A stretch of 64,000 nucleotides of DNA from Chiloscyllium plagiosum (GCF_004010195.1 NC_057752.1:826123-890122); one strand, 5' to 3'; shown: positions 27,058 through 39,773, numbered from the stretch's first letter. The notes: generated from the sequence alone by a model not told the origin. Numbers and translations are program-made.

Positions 27058-28665
27058 GGGCTGAATTTTTCAGGTGTCCAAGTTGCATCTAGTTTATTTC
27101 AGGATTTATTGCCATGAGGCCAATGAGTTTTCTCACTTGATCTTAGCAAACGCCTCATTAATTACCCACGCAGGCATTTCTCCCATCTAATTCCAGACCC
27201 ATCTTACCATGCACTGTTCCTGAATCAACTCATCACTCAGCAGATATCCTGGGATGCAGCAATATCCCCTGTGTCTGTGCCATTTTTAAAAGCCGTTGTG
27301 CAACCAGACAAGCACTGTCACTCCAGAGGTCCCTGCGCAGTACCTGACATTTGCTCCACAGATGCCAGACAGGGAAATCAGTGCCCAACTTTCTGGACAC
27401 GGACCTGTAAGTTGTGGTGGACTGGTTGGTGCAGAGGCAGGACATCCTTTTCCCCCAGGACCAGCAGAGGAGGCCATGATACCAGATCATGCCAGTGCGG
27501 TCCGAAATGGCCACCAAGGTCAGCGCAGTCTCCGCATCTGGAGGAATGCCCCAGTGCTGAAGGAAGAAGATCAACTATCTTCTCAACTCTGTCAGCATAA
27601 GTGCCAACATCTGATACCTCACACTCACGCTATTTCTGCTACTATACCCACCTCCCACCCGTGTTTTACCACACTCACTCTTGCCTGCAACATCTTCTCT
27701 CACTCGCTGTCACCAACCCTTACACCGCTGCATGCCTTCAGCATTGCCTTGTCACTTACTCGGGACATCTCCCCATCTCTAACAACTGTAACAGCTGTGC
27801 CACTCACTTACCTGCCTTTGTCTCACTCTAGGAGGAAAGTGGCCCTATAGGGCAGAAAGAGTCAAGACAAATGGTGAGCTGCCTCACCCCTAATGTGGAA
27901 ACCATCCTGACTCTAGCCATTCTGTATGGCTGGACAGGTACCAGAGATTGCCCTTGTCATTATGCCAGTGCCTCCTGACTGAAGGCTATCCTCTTGACTT
28001 AACTGAGGTCTGCTGCCAACCATGACAAGCTTCCTTCCTTTGTATTTGTGCCAAATGGCAAGAGTCTGCACTATGAGAGTGAGTGAACAGGCCCGGGATC
28101 CAGCCTGGTGCAGGCCATGATCTCGGAGAGGTGGGGGTGTCCCTGAACAGTGTCCTCACTGCAGCATTACAATGAGAGTTCCAGGACATCCTGAGGGGCA
28201 ACATTGAAGGCAGAAGGGTCCTCCAAGTATTTTGGAGATGGACCATGAGGGTTCCTGGAGGCTGGCACATGTCAGATGTCAGTGTTGACAGATGTGAGGT
28301 GTATGTGGCATGCTCTGAGATGCTGGTTCCCAGTGTCCAGCACTGATCCTTTGCAGGCAGTAGTGAGCTGAAGTGGCCTGGTACCCTCCCAGACCTTCAT
28401 GTAGAGGTTTCTCAATGTCTAGTTTGTTGGGTGAGTTTGCTAAAATAGGGAGAATTAATTAGGTGATCTGGGCCAGCAACAAGGTGTTTAACAAGCAATT
28501 ATCCCCCACTAATTGACAACTTGCCAATACCCAGTACGAATCTCACCATGCCACTTGAAGTGAGTTGCTCCCAATATCGAAATGGGCCTCAATGGTCTTC
28601 TCATCCCGTTCTGCCACAAATCTCACCATAGCCCTCATTGCTCAGACCACAATAAGATTCTGTTC
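27058..28665 (+). mobile_element. PIF/Harbinger-like DNA transposon remnant
   Basis: Degenerate TIRs GGGCTGAATTTT / AAGATTCTGTTC. Frameshifted Myb/SANT-like remnant (..TKVSAVS..WRNA..RKKIN..) at ~27440-27580. The element cleanly interrupts a CR1 fragment. Confidence 0.5.
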
Positions 28666-28935
28666 TATGTCCTCATGTTCTGGATTCCCACACTAAAGGA
28701 AAAACTCTAGCAAATCTTTTTTATCATTTTAATTCCCTGAATTAAATTACCTCTCAGTCTTCTAAATTTGAAGCTCAACATGTCAGTTTTATGCATCTTA
28801 TCCTTATAATATAACTGTTTAAGGCCTGGTACTATTCTGGTGAAAATGTTCTAATTTGCCTTTCTCAGATCCAAAGAAAATAAATTGACACTTTCTCACA
28901 TTAATCTCTGTCACACTGCCCACTCACTCAATCTA

Positions 28936-29110
28936 GGCGAAAGTGAGGACTGCAGATGCTGGAGATTAGAGTTAAGAGTGTGGTGCTGGAAAAGCACAGC
29001 AGGTCAGGGAGCATCCGAGGAGCAGGAGAATCGACGGAATGGCTTTTGCCCAAAACATTGATTCTCCTGCTCCTTGGATGCTGCCTACCTGCTGTGCCTT
29101 TCCAGCACCA
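28936..29110. mobile_element. Short palindromic Penelope-like family-B element
   Basis: Arms GTGTGGTGCTGGAAAAGCACAGCAGG...GAGCAGGAGAATC and their inverse. CACTCACTCAATCTA repeats at 28921-28935 and 29111-29125. Confidence 0.8.
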
Positions 29111-32100
29111 CACTCACTCAATCTATGTCCTGTTGTAACTTCCTGCTCTGATTTACTCAACTTACTATGCCATTTATTGTAGTGTCATCTACAGACTTGA
29201 ATAGACAACTTTCTGTTCCTTCATCCAAGTCATTAATATCACTGAATGATACAACACAACCGAAGCTCCAGTACAGATCCCTGGGAACATCATTTGTCAC
29301 ATTATGCCAATTTCCTTCATCCCTAATCTTTGTCTCCCATCTCCTATCCAGTTGCCATCCCACATCACAAGGTCACAAGGTCATTATACTGTGCATTCAT
29401 TTTTGCCAATTATCTTTTATGCAGAGAATTCTGCAGTTTCTTCTTAAAGTTTGCATTGGCAAGATCAATAGACACTCTCCTATGCACAATGCTAGGAACA
29501 TGCTCAAAACAATCAACTAGATTAGTCAGACTTGACCCACCCTTCACAAATCCACTTGATTCTCTTTGATCAGTTCATACTTGCCCAAGAATTCAGTCAC
29601 TTAGACTTCGTTGATAAATTCCAATAGCTTCCCCTCAACTGATATTAGAAGCCAAAGGGGTCTTCACCATGGGCTCATGTGACATATTTTATGTTGATAC
29701 AGAACAAGCCCTGTTTCATTACCACTACTGTGTTACAACCTATGAAACAAATAGTTTGGCAGTTATTTTGTTCCTCTACTATTACTCTTGTGCCTCCACC
29801 ATGTTTTTAGAAAGTTGGCCAATTATCTTTTTCAGCATTGATGAAGCTGGGTTTTTGAATATTTCTGTCTCAGTAGGTACAGGCTGGCTTTGAAAACAGA
29901 AATAAAAATTTCATTAAGAATATCTGTTGTGGGTATCTGTGCAAAAAAACATTAAAAAGGTGTTAAATAATTGCAACCTTTAGCTTGTAAATGCTTCTTG
30001 TGAACATTTTCTCTGTGTATTGGCCATTTCTTTATTGGGTATGTAATGCTTGCAATTAGTTTCCATTTTACTTGTTTTTACATAAAATGATTGTATACAG
30101 TGTCTGTAAACTGTTTCTTAAATTGTGAGTTCCCTTGTGAATTCCATTGAAGTGAATTTACTTTCAAAAGTTTACGTTGTACTTCTGTAATTGTAAGAAG
30201 TAATGTTCAATAGATGGAAGGGAAAAAGATTTTCTCTTTCTCTCTTAGTCTGGTCTGGTTATGGGACAGGGTCGAAATCTGATAGACTACATTTAGATCT
30301 GGTTTACTATTTAAATGGGGACCTGAGGGTTTCATTTCTACTGCTGTGTAATTTCAACACACTTCTTAACAGGTTTGTTTTAAATTTCTGTCTATGCTAT
30401 TTTATTGCTATTATCAAGCCATTTAAATTAAGAGAAGCACCTTAATGTTATGGCAGAGCTGATTCAAGCGCAGTTGCCTCTTCATTCACATCGCACACAT
30501 TCTCAGCAGAGAACTCTCTTGTTGCTGATCATTAAGTGTGATATGAATCTACCCAACTACAGAAGTACGGAGACGCTGGCGCTGTGGTTTAAACTGCTTT
30601 GCTTCTCAAAATATTCCAATGTGAAACTGACCCAAGCTGGCTGTCTGTCATATCAGGCTAGTTCAAAAAGCAAAATATTTACACAGTTTACATTTTTTTA
30701 ACAATTTCATCTGCATTAAAACTGACTAGATTAAATGTGAATAATTGTTAATCTTGAGGATAGCTAAGGTATATCTATCATTATGATGAATCACGAGTGT
30801 TCACTGTGTATTATTTAAGTGGGTGCACGTACAAATCACCACCAAGCCTTTACCATTGATGCCCATGAATCCCTTGACTAGGAAGTGAATAAAAGTGAAA
30901 TGTGGAGGCTTGACCTCTATTCGGATCCCTGACTCAGCTCTCCAACCCCTCACCAGCTGAAGGTTTCAAACTCGCCATAGAGAAGTCATTGGCACGAACC
31001 ATGCACCACCACTTCAATGTCCACTGCCACGATATCTCTGTTCTTTGTGGATGTTCATGGATTCAATATTTTGTAAAAACTAAAATTTTCAATATTCAAC
31101 AATGAGTCCAGGTTTATTCCAGTATCTGGCAGATGTGGAATGCGAGGCCTCTGTCTGATTACAGTTTAGTGTACTACTGGAATTCTCTGAAAGATATCAA
31201 GTTGCTCACTCCTCCACAATTATTCACTTACATTATCTCTGCCCGATTTGAGGTTTTGAGGCCTGTCATTCAATATTTTTAAAGGTCTCTATCAATTTAG
31301 CTCAGACATTGGCACTCCCACCTCTGGCTTCAGATTTCCTGCACCACCATGTCACCTTATCGTATTAAAAGCAGATGCTCTCTATCTTAGCTAAGTGGAC
31401 TTTAAAGATCCCACAACATTGTTCAAAGAATAGCAGAGCCTTCTCCTGATATCCTTGCTATTGATTTTAAGCAACAATGAATTTGCTGTTTGTGGAATGG
31501 TGCTGGTGTAGATTGGCTCTTTTTTTTGCTGTGCTGATGGTGGAGTTCATCATGTGAAGTACTATCAACAATGCAACAAAGCGCTTTAAAATGCAAGCAT
31601 TTTCTTCTTCAAGAGATCATATTTCAAAAGAGATCAGTGATTAGAGGCCAATGATGTTGTCATTTATCACATTGCAATTTCCCAGCTCCCCTGAGTTGTT
31701 CCTCCAGTGTCCGCTAGCATTGTTTGTGCCCAGTGTGACTGGACGCTACCACAATTTCAACTGAGGAATATACAAGACTGTAAAAGTTCTAAGTTGTTCA
31801 CCCTGTATCTAGGAAACATTCCCAATATCTCTCATATTTCTCTCTAATTAGATTTATAAAACCCTGCTATTTTCTCCCCTTCATCTCCATTCTGGTTTAT
31901 TTGCCTTCTTTGAAATTTGGAGGAATGCACTCTTGTACTTGAAATGGTAGTGCAGAATTATTTTCACCTGTAATCAATATTTCTATTCATTTTCTTCCAA
32001 TAAGCAAAAATAACTCCAATCTAGGCACATGCAATCTTTATAGTATTAAAGATGCATCAGGAGAATAAATCTCTCCCTTTTGTGCCATCACACAGTTTTG

Positions 32101-33429
32101 TGAGAATACACTGCATTTGCAAATGGCTGTTACTGCAAAGAAACTTTGATTACTTTTTAACTGCATTTGAACGCAAATAACCAAACTACAAGGAGTTGAA
32201 CATTAAGACAGCTCTGTTTGCTCTACTTAAAGCGAAGGCATTGACTCTGGCAACAAGTCTGAACTACCTGCTTATGTAATGGTGCAGCCTCTTTTGGTGT
32301 TTAATTGCCTGCAATGTTTGTTTAGAAATACACTGCTGGTTAAAGGTAAAGTCCCGATTATCCAATAATGGGAACAATCCAATTGAATTAATCCAATACA
32401 TTAGCATTGTTGCTGAAGCTCAAGCTAGCAGGTCTTGATAACTTTTCAAATAATCTGCATAAGTTGCAGACGCAGGGAAGGTTTGGTGTACAGTGCTTAG
32501 ACTGTAGCATGCTTGGCTGGAGATTGAAAAATCCAGTAACACTGCAACTTTTAAAGGTCTGCAAGTAGCCAATAAAAGGGAAAGTTGTAGTCAGGACAAA
32601 AAAGTCAGAGTTCTCACAATGACACAGCTCAGACATGTTGGTGTGTTCTCTTTGTTGGTTATTTGGAAGTTCTGCTGCAGAAGGGACATTGAGAATGACC
32701 TAATTTGAGGTCAAAGACTTCTATGTACAATAAAAGCACTACTTTGATGAATGGTTTTGCCCAAGTACATGCATTCACTGGGCCCTTTGCATCTGACTGT
32801 GATTGACAAAGAAGTTGTTGGTGTCAGCAGGGTGGTGAAGGTAAGTGTGCTTTTTACGTGAACACATATTGTCTGTGGAACCATCAAGCATGACACAAGT
32901 GTTGGGGAATGCACCATTTCAAGTAAATCACACTATCCATTTCTTTGCAAACATACTTTAAATTTTGTCTATGCTGACTGTACATTTTTCTTGTCGTTGG
33001 AGGGAGCAGATGTGAAATAGCAAATAGACTATTGGATTTCCGGTTTCCTTAGACTTGGAATTTTGCAATGGGATCACCAGGCTGTATGCAGTAAGGCCCT
33101 GAATTTCCCTCATTGCTTCTCTCCCTATTTCAAAAATGCAATCTCTGTGGAGTACCACTCACTCATGGTTTCATGGTTGCTTCCTAAAAAAAATGTCAGC
33201 TAATGCACGTGATGATCCTTCTATGACTGTTCACAATGTGCACATTCTTTCCAGGCAGACAAACCCTGGGCTAATCCTGATGCCCAAATTAATGCGATTT
33301 GAATATCACAAGAAAAAGCCAATCATGGTTCAACATCCTATCCAGTTGGCACCTTCTTTCCACAAAAAACATGATGATAATACCTGTTGCAAACATGGCA
33401 ATTAACATAGTGATACAGGCTTGCTCTGC

Positions 33430-33965
33430 AAGACACATGATTGGCATGTCCATAAAGACTTTTGCCAATTTTTTTAGATGCACCATAAAAAGCATCCTAC
33501 GTGGATGCATCACAGCACAGTATGGCAACTGCTGTTCCCAAGACTGCAAGAAACTACAGAGAGTTGTGAATACAGTCCAGTCGATCATGCAAATCAGCCT
33601 TCCATCCCTTGACTACATCTATATTTCCTACTGCCTCAGGAATGCAACCAACATAATCAAAGACCCCTCCCATTACGGTTATACTTTCTTCCACCCTCTT
33701 CCATTGGGCAGAAGATATAAAAGTTTGAAAATGCGTGTGAACAGATTCAAGAACAGCTTATTCCCCGCTGTTATCAGACTTTTGAATGGACCTCTCAAAT
33801 GTTAATGTTAATCTCTCTCACTGCACCTTCTCTGTGGCTGTAACACTGCACTCTGTCCTGCTATCCCTGATGCACTTTGTATGGTACAATCTACCTGTAT
33901 AGCAAGCAAAATAACAACGCTCTTCAATGTATCTTGGTACATGTGACAACAATTAATCATACTCA
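33430..33965 (+). mobile_element. Rex1/Babar-type LINE 3' fragment
   Basis: ORF 33299-33805 ends FRCTIKSILRGCITAQYGNC...KKLQRVV...IIKDPSH...LPLGRRYKS...RFKNSLFPAVIRLLN, a typical Rex-Babar C-terminus, followed by a 3' UTR. Confidence 0.8.
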
Positions 33966-34834
33966 AACTCAAACATACCCCTTAGGTGGTTTGAAAGAAT
34001 CTGTTAATGTTCACATTTTATACTCTGGTAACCTTCTACAGGAAGTGGTGTCCCTATCCCAGACATTGTGTGAAAGCCACTCTGTATTAGCATTGTTACA
34101 GCCTGCCTTATGGACTGTGATATGTCCAGACTTGTGTCGAGTGATCCCAAGGTAGTGATTTTGTTGCACTTGTATTTGTTTGTCCTTTATGAATTCCTCT
34201 TTCTTTCCTAAAGAAGCCTAACAGAACGTTGTGCACACCACTTTGGATGGTGTGGTTTGGTTATTAGCAGTTACCAAAAATAATGAAAGAAAGCTTTACC
34301 CTTTGATTTGGCATTCAAACTTCCATAACAAAAACAACTAATGTATGGAACCAAATGCAGCAAATTTGAACAAAAACAAAAACAAAATGTTTTAAGACCC
34401 GAAAGAATCTTATTGAGCAAGTCCCAGAATCCCCAAAACATTTGAATAAATATTTAATCTGCTTGCAGACAACACGTGTCACTTGAAGGGTCTAATTTTT
34501 CCTTCAAAATGAGTCATTAAAAAATTAAGTTTATTACACCTTCAGTGCATGGTTGAAAGACCAATTTATGCATGTGCCCAATGATAATGAGGCTCCATGC
34601 CTTGAGGTTACAGAGCTTTGTTTCCAACTTTAAAAATAAATAAAATGTGTTTCATATCAGAATTCAGTTTTGAGACTCTCAAAGAAGAGTTAATATTTTT
34701 GAATCAAATTATGCATTTTGCTGAGAACACAATTCATCTCCAAGGGACTGGACACTAACTTTCCATGCTGTACTCTTTATGACTGCACTTTGGAAATCCA
34801 TGTACAAAAGTCAAGCCTGATACTCTAGAACAGA

Positions 34835-35055
34835 GTCAAAAATCACATGACACCAGGTTACTTTGTGGTTTCAAATGAACCTGTTGGACTATAACCCGGT
34901 ATCATGTGATTTTTGCTTTTGCCCGAAACGTCGATTTTACTGCTACCTCGGATGCTGCCTGAACTGCTGTGCTCTTCCAGCATCTGCAGTCATTGTTTTT
35001 ACCAAGTTGATTTTTGACTTTGTCTACCCCACTCCAACACCGGCATTTCCACATG
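34835..35055. mobile_element. Nested Penelope-like terminal-repeat fragments (palindromic element with a family-B insert)
   Basis: Inverted pair AAAAATCACATGACACCAGGTTA / TAACCCGGTATCATGTGATTTTT. An internal GCCCGAAACGTCGA...GATGCTGCCTG piece is flanked by TGATTTTTG at 34907-34915 and 35008-35016. Confidence 0.6.
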
Positions 35056-35973
35056 ACTCTATGACAGTACTAAGGAAGTGCTGCACTGTTGGGTGAGTTG
35101 TTAAGCAGAGCCTATTCGTCTGCGCGGGTGGAAGTAAATGATTTGTGGCACTATTTTGAAGAAGAGCAGGGAAATATCCCACATTGTCTTGGCCAATATT
35201 AATCCCTCAACCAACTTCACAAAAAAAATCTGATCATTATTACATTGTTATAGGAGTTTGCTTTGCACAATATTGACTTGTTTCCTACAGTGGCTAATTT
35301 TTGTGGTAACAAATTCCAGACTCACCACACTCTGGATGAAGGAATTTCTCCTCATCTCAGACCTAAATGATCTACACAGGATCCTTATACTGTGACCCCT
35401 TGTTCTGCACTCCCCTGTCATCAGAAACAAAAACAGAAAGTGCTGGAGAATCTCAACACGTTTGGCAGCATCTGTAGAGAGAAACACAGAGTTAATGCTT
35501 TGAGTCCAGTGATTCTTTGTCAGAACGGAAACTAGCTGGGAAAGGGAGGGATTTATGCTGATGACAGGGTCGGGTGAGGGTAGGGAGGACATGCATGGAG
35601 AAGGGGACTAGAGGGAGAGAGAAAAAAAGGGTAAGCCATCAAAGAGATTGTTAATGATGAACTGAGGGAGAGATAAATGCTGGGTAGAGTGTTAACAAGA
35701 AAATGTAAATGGTTGAAAATGGATTGGTCGTGCGAGGAGCAACCCATTCGGGACAGAACCGAAAGGTATGGGGGTGCTTGTTCACACCGAAATTGTTTGA
35801 GCCCTGAAGGCTATGAGGTACTCAGGCTGAAGACATCTCAGTTTATTCCTGTGATGAGGGAGTTATGGCCCATACCAGTTAGAGTTTAGAATAAGTAAAG
35901 GTGAAGTTATTGAAAATTTCTGAGATTTGCTTTTATTTTCAATTCTCCAATATCTACAGTATTTCAGTTTTAT

Positions 35974-36259
35974 GGGCAGCACGGTGGCGCAGTGGTTAGC
36001 ACTGCTGCCTCACAGCGCCAGAGACCCGGGTTCAATTCCTGCCTCAGGCGACTGACTGTGTGGAGTTTGCACGTTCTCCCCGTGTCTGCGTGGGTTTCCT
36101 CCGGGTGCGGGTCAGGTGAATTGGCCAGGATAAATTGCCTGTAGTGTTAGGTTAAAGGGGTAAATGTAGGGGTAAGGGTGGGTGGCGGTTCGGTGTGGAC
36201 TTGTTGGGCCGAAGGGCCTGTTTCCACACTGTAAGTAATCTAATCTAATCTAATCTAAT
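35974..36259 (+). mobile_element. HE1-type SINE, CpG-rich copy
   Basis: GGGCAGCACGGTGGCGCAGTGGTTAGC...CCCGGGTTCAATTCC head and (TAATC)n tail. Confidence 0.9.
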
Positions 36260-36377
36260 TAACTCCTTCCCACCAATAGGGCGACTTGTATGGAGTCCTC
36301 GCTCCTAGATTAGAGTGGTGCTGGAAAAGCACAGTAGGTCAGGCAGCATCCGAGGAGCAGGAAAAAGCCCTTCATCA

Positions 36378-36773
36378 GGCGCTCCCATGTGTCCGATGTA
36401 TGGAGTCCTCTTGGTCGATAGGGCGGCGCTCCTCGGTCTCGATGTATGGAGTCCTCCTGGTCGATAGGGCGGCGCTCCTAGGTCTCGATGTATTGAGTCC
36501 TCCTGTCGATAGGGCAGCGCTCATAGATCAGATGGGTTTGAGTCCTCCTGGCCGATAGGGCGGCGCTCCTCGGTCTCGATGTATTGAGTCCTCCTGGCCG
36601 ATAGGGCGGCGCTCCTAAGTCTCGATGTATTGAGTCCTCCTGGCCGATAGGGCGGCGCTCCTAGGTCTCGATGTATTGAGTCCTCCTGGCCGATAGGGCG
36701 GCGCTCCTAGGTCTCGATATATTGAGTCCTCCTGACCGATAGGGCGGCGCTCCTAGATCAGATGGGTTTGAGT
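36378..36773. repeat. 46-bp GC-rich minisatellite, ~8 copies
   Basis: Unit GATGTATTGAGTCCTCCTGGCCGATAGGGCGGCGCTCCTAGGTCTC starts at 36395, 36441, 36487, 36531, 36578, 36624, 36670 and 36716. Confidence 0.95.
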
Positions 36774-37027
36774 AGTGATGGTGCGTTGTGTTCAGGGTTA
36801 ATGTCTTTGATGTTTTTTAAACAGACTGTTTAACAGCTGTGGGCCTTGGATATATCGATGTTGCTATGGTGGTGAAAAGGCTTTAATTGTATTGTACTCC
36901 AGCCGGTAAGCGTGTGGAGAGGATGTGGTGAAGATGCACCGGGATTTATTTCCCCCGGCCTGGGACAGCCCTCGGGATCCCGAGTAAAACAAAATGTCTG
37001 AGCTTGTGAGGCTCTGCCTTTGTTACC

Positions 37028-37092
37028 GGGGCCGGGGCCGGGGCCGGGGCCGGGGCCGGGGCCGGGGCCCTGGCCCTGGCCCTGGCCCTGGC
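37028..37092 (+). repeat. (GGGGCC)7 followed by (CTGGCC)3-4 hexamer repeat
   Basis: Read directly: GGGGCC x7 at 37028-37069 and CTGGCC units at 37070-37092. Confidence 0.97.
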
Positions 37093-38842
37093 GGTAAGCG
37101 AGCTCCCTCTTGGCTACTTGCATATTCAGGCCCCTTGGCCGCGCTGTGAGACCTGTGCAGTCCTCCCACCTGTTCAGGAGCAGAGCCTTCGTGGGAGAGG
37201 GAGAAAGGGCTGTCACCTGCTTCCTGACACCAACTGACTGCACACCAGACAGACCTTCTCCTGGCACTCACTTCACACACACCCCCCCAGTCCCAACTAC
37301 ACTCGAGCTTAAAATATCCTCTTACCCGAAATCCAGGGGTTTATTGGGGAAGAGAATCGAATTTGTAGTGTCATGCCAATTTAGAGAAAAAATGAGCAAA
37401 AAGGAACTCTTATTGAATGTCTTTGCCATATAATATACCAAAGTAAATCATGCAAGCTGACCACTGCAGTTTTATTGCACTTAAATCCAGTGCTGTTTAT
37501 AATGGTATAACTGTCACCAGAATTAGCAGATCTTGGTTACTTGAAGTCTTAACATTTAAATTTAACAAAATTCAAAACATTTTTTATTTCACTTTAAAAA
37601 TCACCCTGCTTTACTTAACTTGAGCCCAGAGTGAAGTTCTACCTGTGAAGTGATTTAAGGAAAATCCAGTAAATTCTCATTTACTGCAATACCTCAACAA
37701 ATCCCATCTCAAAGGAAGGATTAAAGTTCAGGTAAAGTCAGTGAAAGCCAGTCATTTTTGCAAGCAGGTTTCAGAGTGCAAGAATGTGTTGAAGTCTGAT
37801 GTTTATGTAGTCCAAAGAGCTTCAAACTTGTAGATATTTTACGCTGATATTGGCAAACGCCTTGAAAGACTGCAGTGGTTTTTCTTTGCATTTCATTTTT
37901 CTTGTGGTTTGATTCAAAGAATAATGTAGTTTCATGCCATTTAAAAGCTTTATGAGGCATAGTTATGCTCATTTGGTCAGAAAAATCTTTGGAATTTACA
38001 TGAGAAATATTTTGTAATGTCGCATTGTTACAGTAAATCTGTGAATGAATTTTTCACAATTTCTGAATGCAATGTGAACTATTAAGAAATTAACACCAAA
38101 ACAATATTTGTGTTTTTGTATTATCTGCTTTTTAAATGTATAAAATTAAATCAAAGATGATATCAAAGATTAGTTTTTGCAGGAATAAAGGTTATGGAAT
38201 GCCAGCTTCTCAAAAGTGGATTCAAACTTTCAAACCGCCATGATGCGATTTGAACTAATACCTAGGCTTCTGCATAACTGGTCCAGTAGTACAACCTGTA
38301 TTTTTCATGTTCCTTAATATTAGGTTATTGATTGATTGTCAGTATTCAATATAACTACTTGCTATCTGCCCACTTGTCAAATCAGTAACTAACACCAGTC
38401 AGAAGATTGATTATGGGAATTTTTCAATTGAATGGCTCAGCTACCTCACATTAGCAAAGTTATCAGGGAGCCAAGATATAAATTCTGAAATGAACTTTTA
38501 TGTAATTTTCAGAGCTTTCACTAAAATATTTTACGAGACCTGTAGTAACAGGTTCTGCGTCTACTTGTGGGTATCTTGTTGAGAGATATTTTGAGAGAAA
38601 ATGCCATCAATGTTTGCTTAGTGGAACCTCTGGATGCTTCCAACAGCTGGTTAGGGAGTCATATTTAATTTGGCTCAATCAGGTTAAACTGATCACACAA
38701 CAAACAATTTTGAGATTTAGCACCCTCAGAACATTTACTTTTGAAATTTCTTGAAATATTCTCAACTTCTATTGTATACAATAACTCAAACAAAATTTTA
38801 GAAAATAAATCAGTGCAAAATTTGTGATATGAAGTGTATTTT

Positions 38843-39773
38843 GCAAGGTTTGTGAAGGTTTGTAGCTCAGGTTGAGATTTAGGGTGTAGGTTTGCTCGCT
38901 GAGCTGTAGGTTTGATATCCAGATGTTTCATTACCTGGCTAGGTAAAATCATCAGTGGCGATCTACAAGTGAAGCGAAGCTGTTGTCTCCTGCTTTCTAT
39001 TTATATCTTTCTCCTGGATGGGGTTCCTGGGGTTTGTGGTGATGTCATTTCCTGTTTGTTTTCTGAGGGGTTGATAGATGGCATCTAGATCTATGTGTTT
39101 GTTCAAAAAATGCAGTGCGCAGATTCCTCAAGAACAAACCACGACAAGCAGACCAAACACAGCCAGAAACCCTAACCACCTTACCATACATCAAAGAAGT
39201 TTCAGAAATGACAGCCAGACTACTAAGACCCCTCGGAATCCTAGTAGCGCACAAACCCACCAACACTCTCAAACAAAAACTAACAAACTTAAAAGACCCA
39301 GTACATCCCATGGACAAAACCAACGTCATCTACAAAATTCCATGCAAGGACTGCCACAAACACTACATAGGACAAATAGGAAGAAAGTTAGCCACCAGGA
39401 TACACGAACACCAGCTAGCCACAAAAAGACACGACCCCATCTCCCTCGTAGCCCTACACACGGATGAAAAAAGCCACCATTTCGACTGGGACAACACATC
39501 TATCCTGGGACAGGCTAAGCAAAGGCATGCCAGAGAATTCCTAGAGGCCTGGCACTCCCAACCACAATGCCATAAACAAACACACAGATCTAGATGCCAT
39601 CTATCAACCCCTCAGAAAACAAACAGGAAATGACATCACCAGATATAAATATAAATAGAAAGCAGGAGACAACAGCTTCGCTTCACTTGGAGGGCGCCAC
39701 TGATGATGTTACCTAGCCAGGTAATGAAACATCTGGATATCAAACCTACAGCTCAGCGAGCAAACCTACACCC
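38843..39773. mobile_element. Young Penelope-like element (family A) with GIY-YIG endonuclease fragment and inverted terminal repeats
   Basis: ORF 39115-39633 contains NVIYKIPCKDCHKHYIGQIGRKLATRIHEH (GIY-YIG). Inverted arms are near-identical. 13-bp TSD TGAAGT(G/A)TATTTT at 38830-38842 and 39774-39786. Confidence 0.92.
39697..39736 (+). ncRNA. Minimal hammerhead ribozyme motif in Penelope terminal repeat (mirror copy at 38919-38958 on -)
   Basis: CCA-CTGATGA-T-GTTACC-TAGCCA-GGTAAT-GAAAC-ATC-TGG: helix I CCA/UGG, intact core, helix II, AUC cleavage triplet. Confidence 0.72.

Larger units (their letters stand above)
26785..29650 (-). mobile_element. Decayed CR1-type LINE 3' portion, split by two younger insertions
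   Basis: CR1 3' sequence ...CTCTAATTTTAACACT (27057) resumes as ATGTCCTCATGTTCTGGATTCCC (28667). RT remnant DINDLDEGTESCLFKSVDDT at ~29180-29240 (-). Confidence 0.7.
36260..37150 (+). promoter_or_regulatory. Candidate CpG-island promoter and non-coding first exon of ZBTB39
   Basis: The most CpG-dense stretch in the window. CCAAT at ~36273 and GGGCGG in most minisatellite units. Donor-like CCG|GTAAGC (36906) and GCG|GTAAGC (37094) lie upstream of the ZBTB39 acceptor at 43517. Confidence 0.55.

Noticed and set aside
36378..36773. CRISPR-like array
   Set aside because: Units are contiguous with no unique spacers, there are no cas genes, and the context is vertebrate. It is a minisatellite.
36830..37280. 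Minus-strand ORFs with (GP)n and (PR)n runs
   Set aside because: These are translations of the GGCCCC/GGCCAG hexamer repeat, with no domain or exon support.
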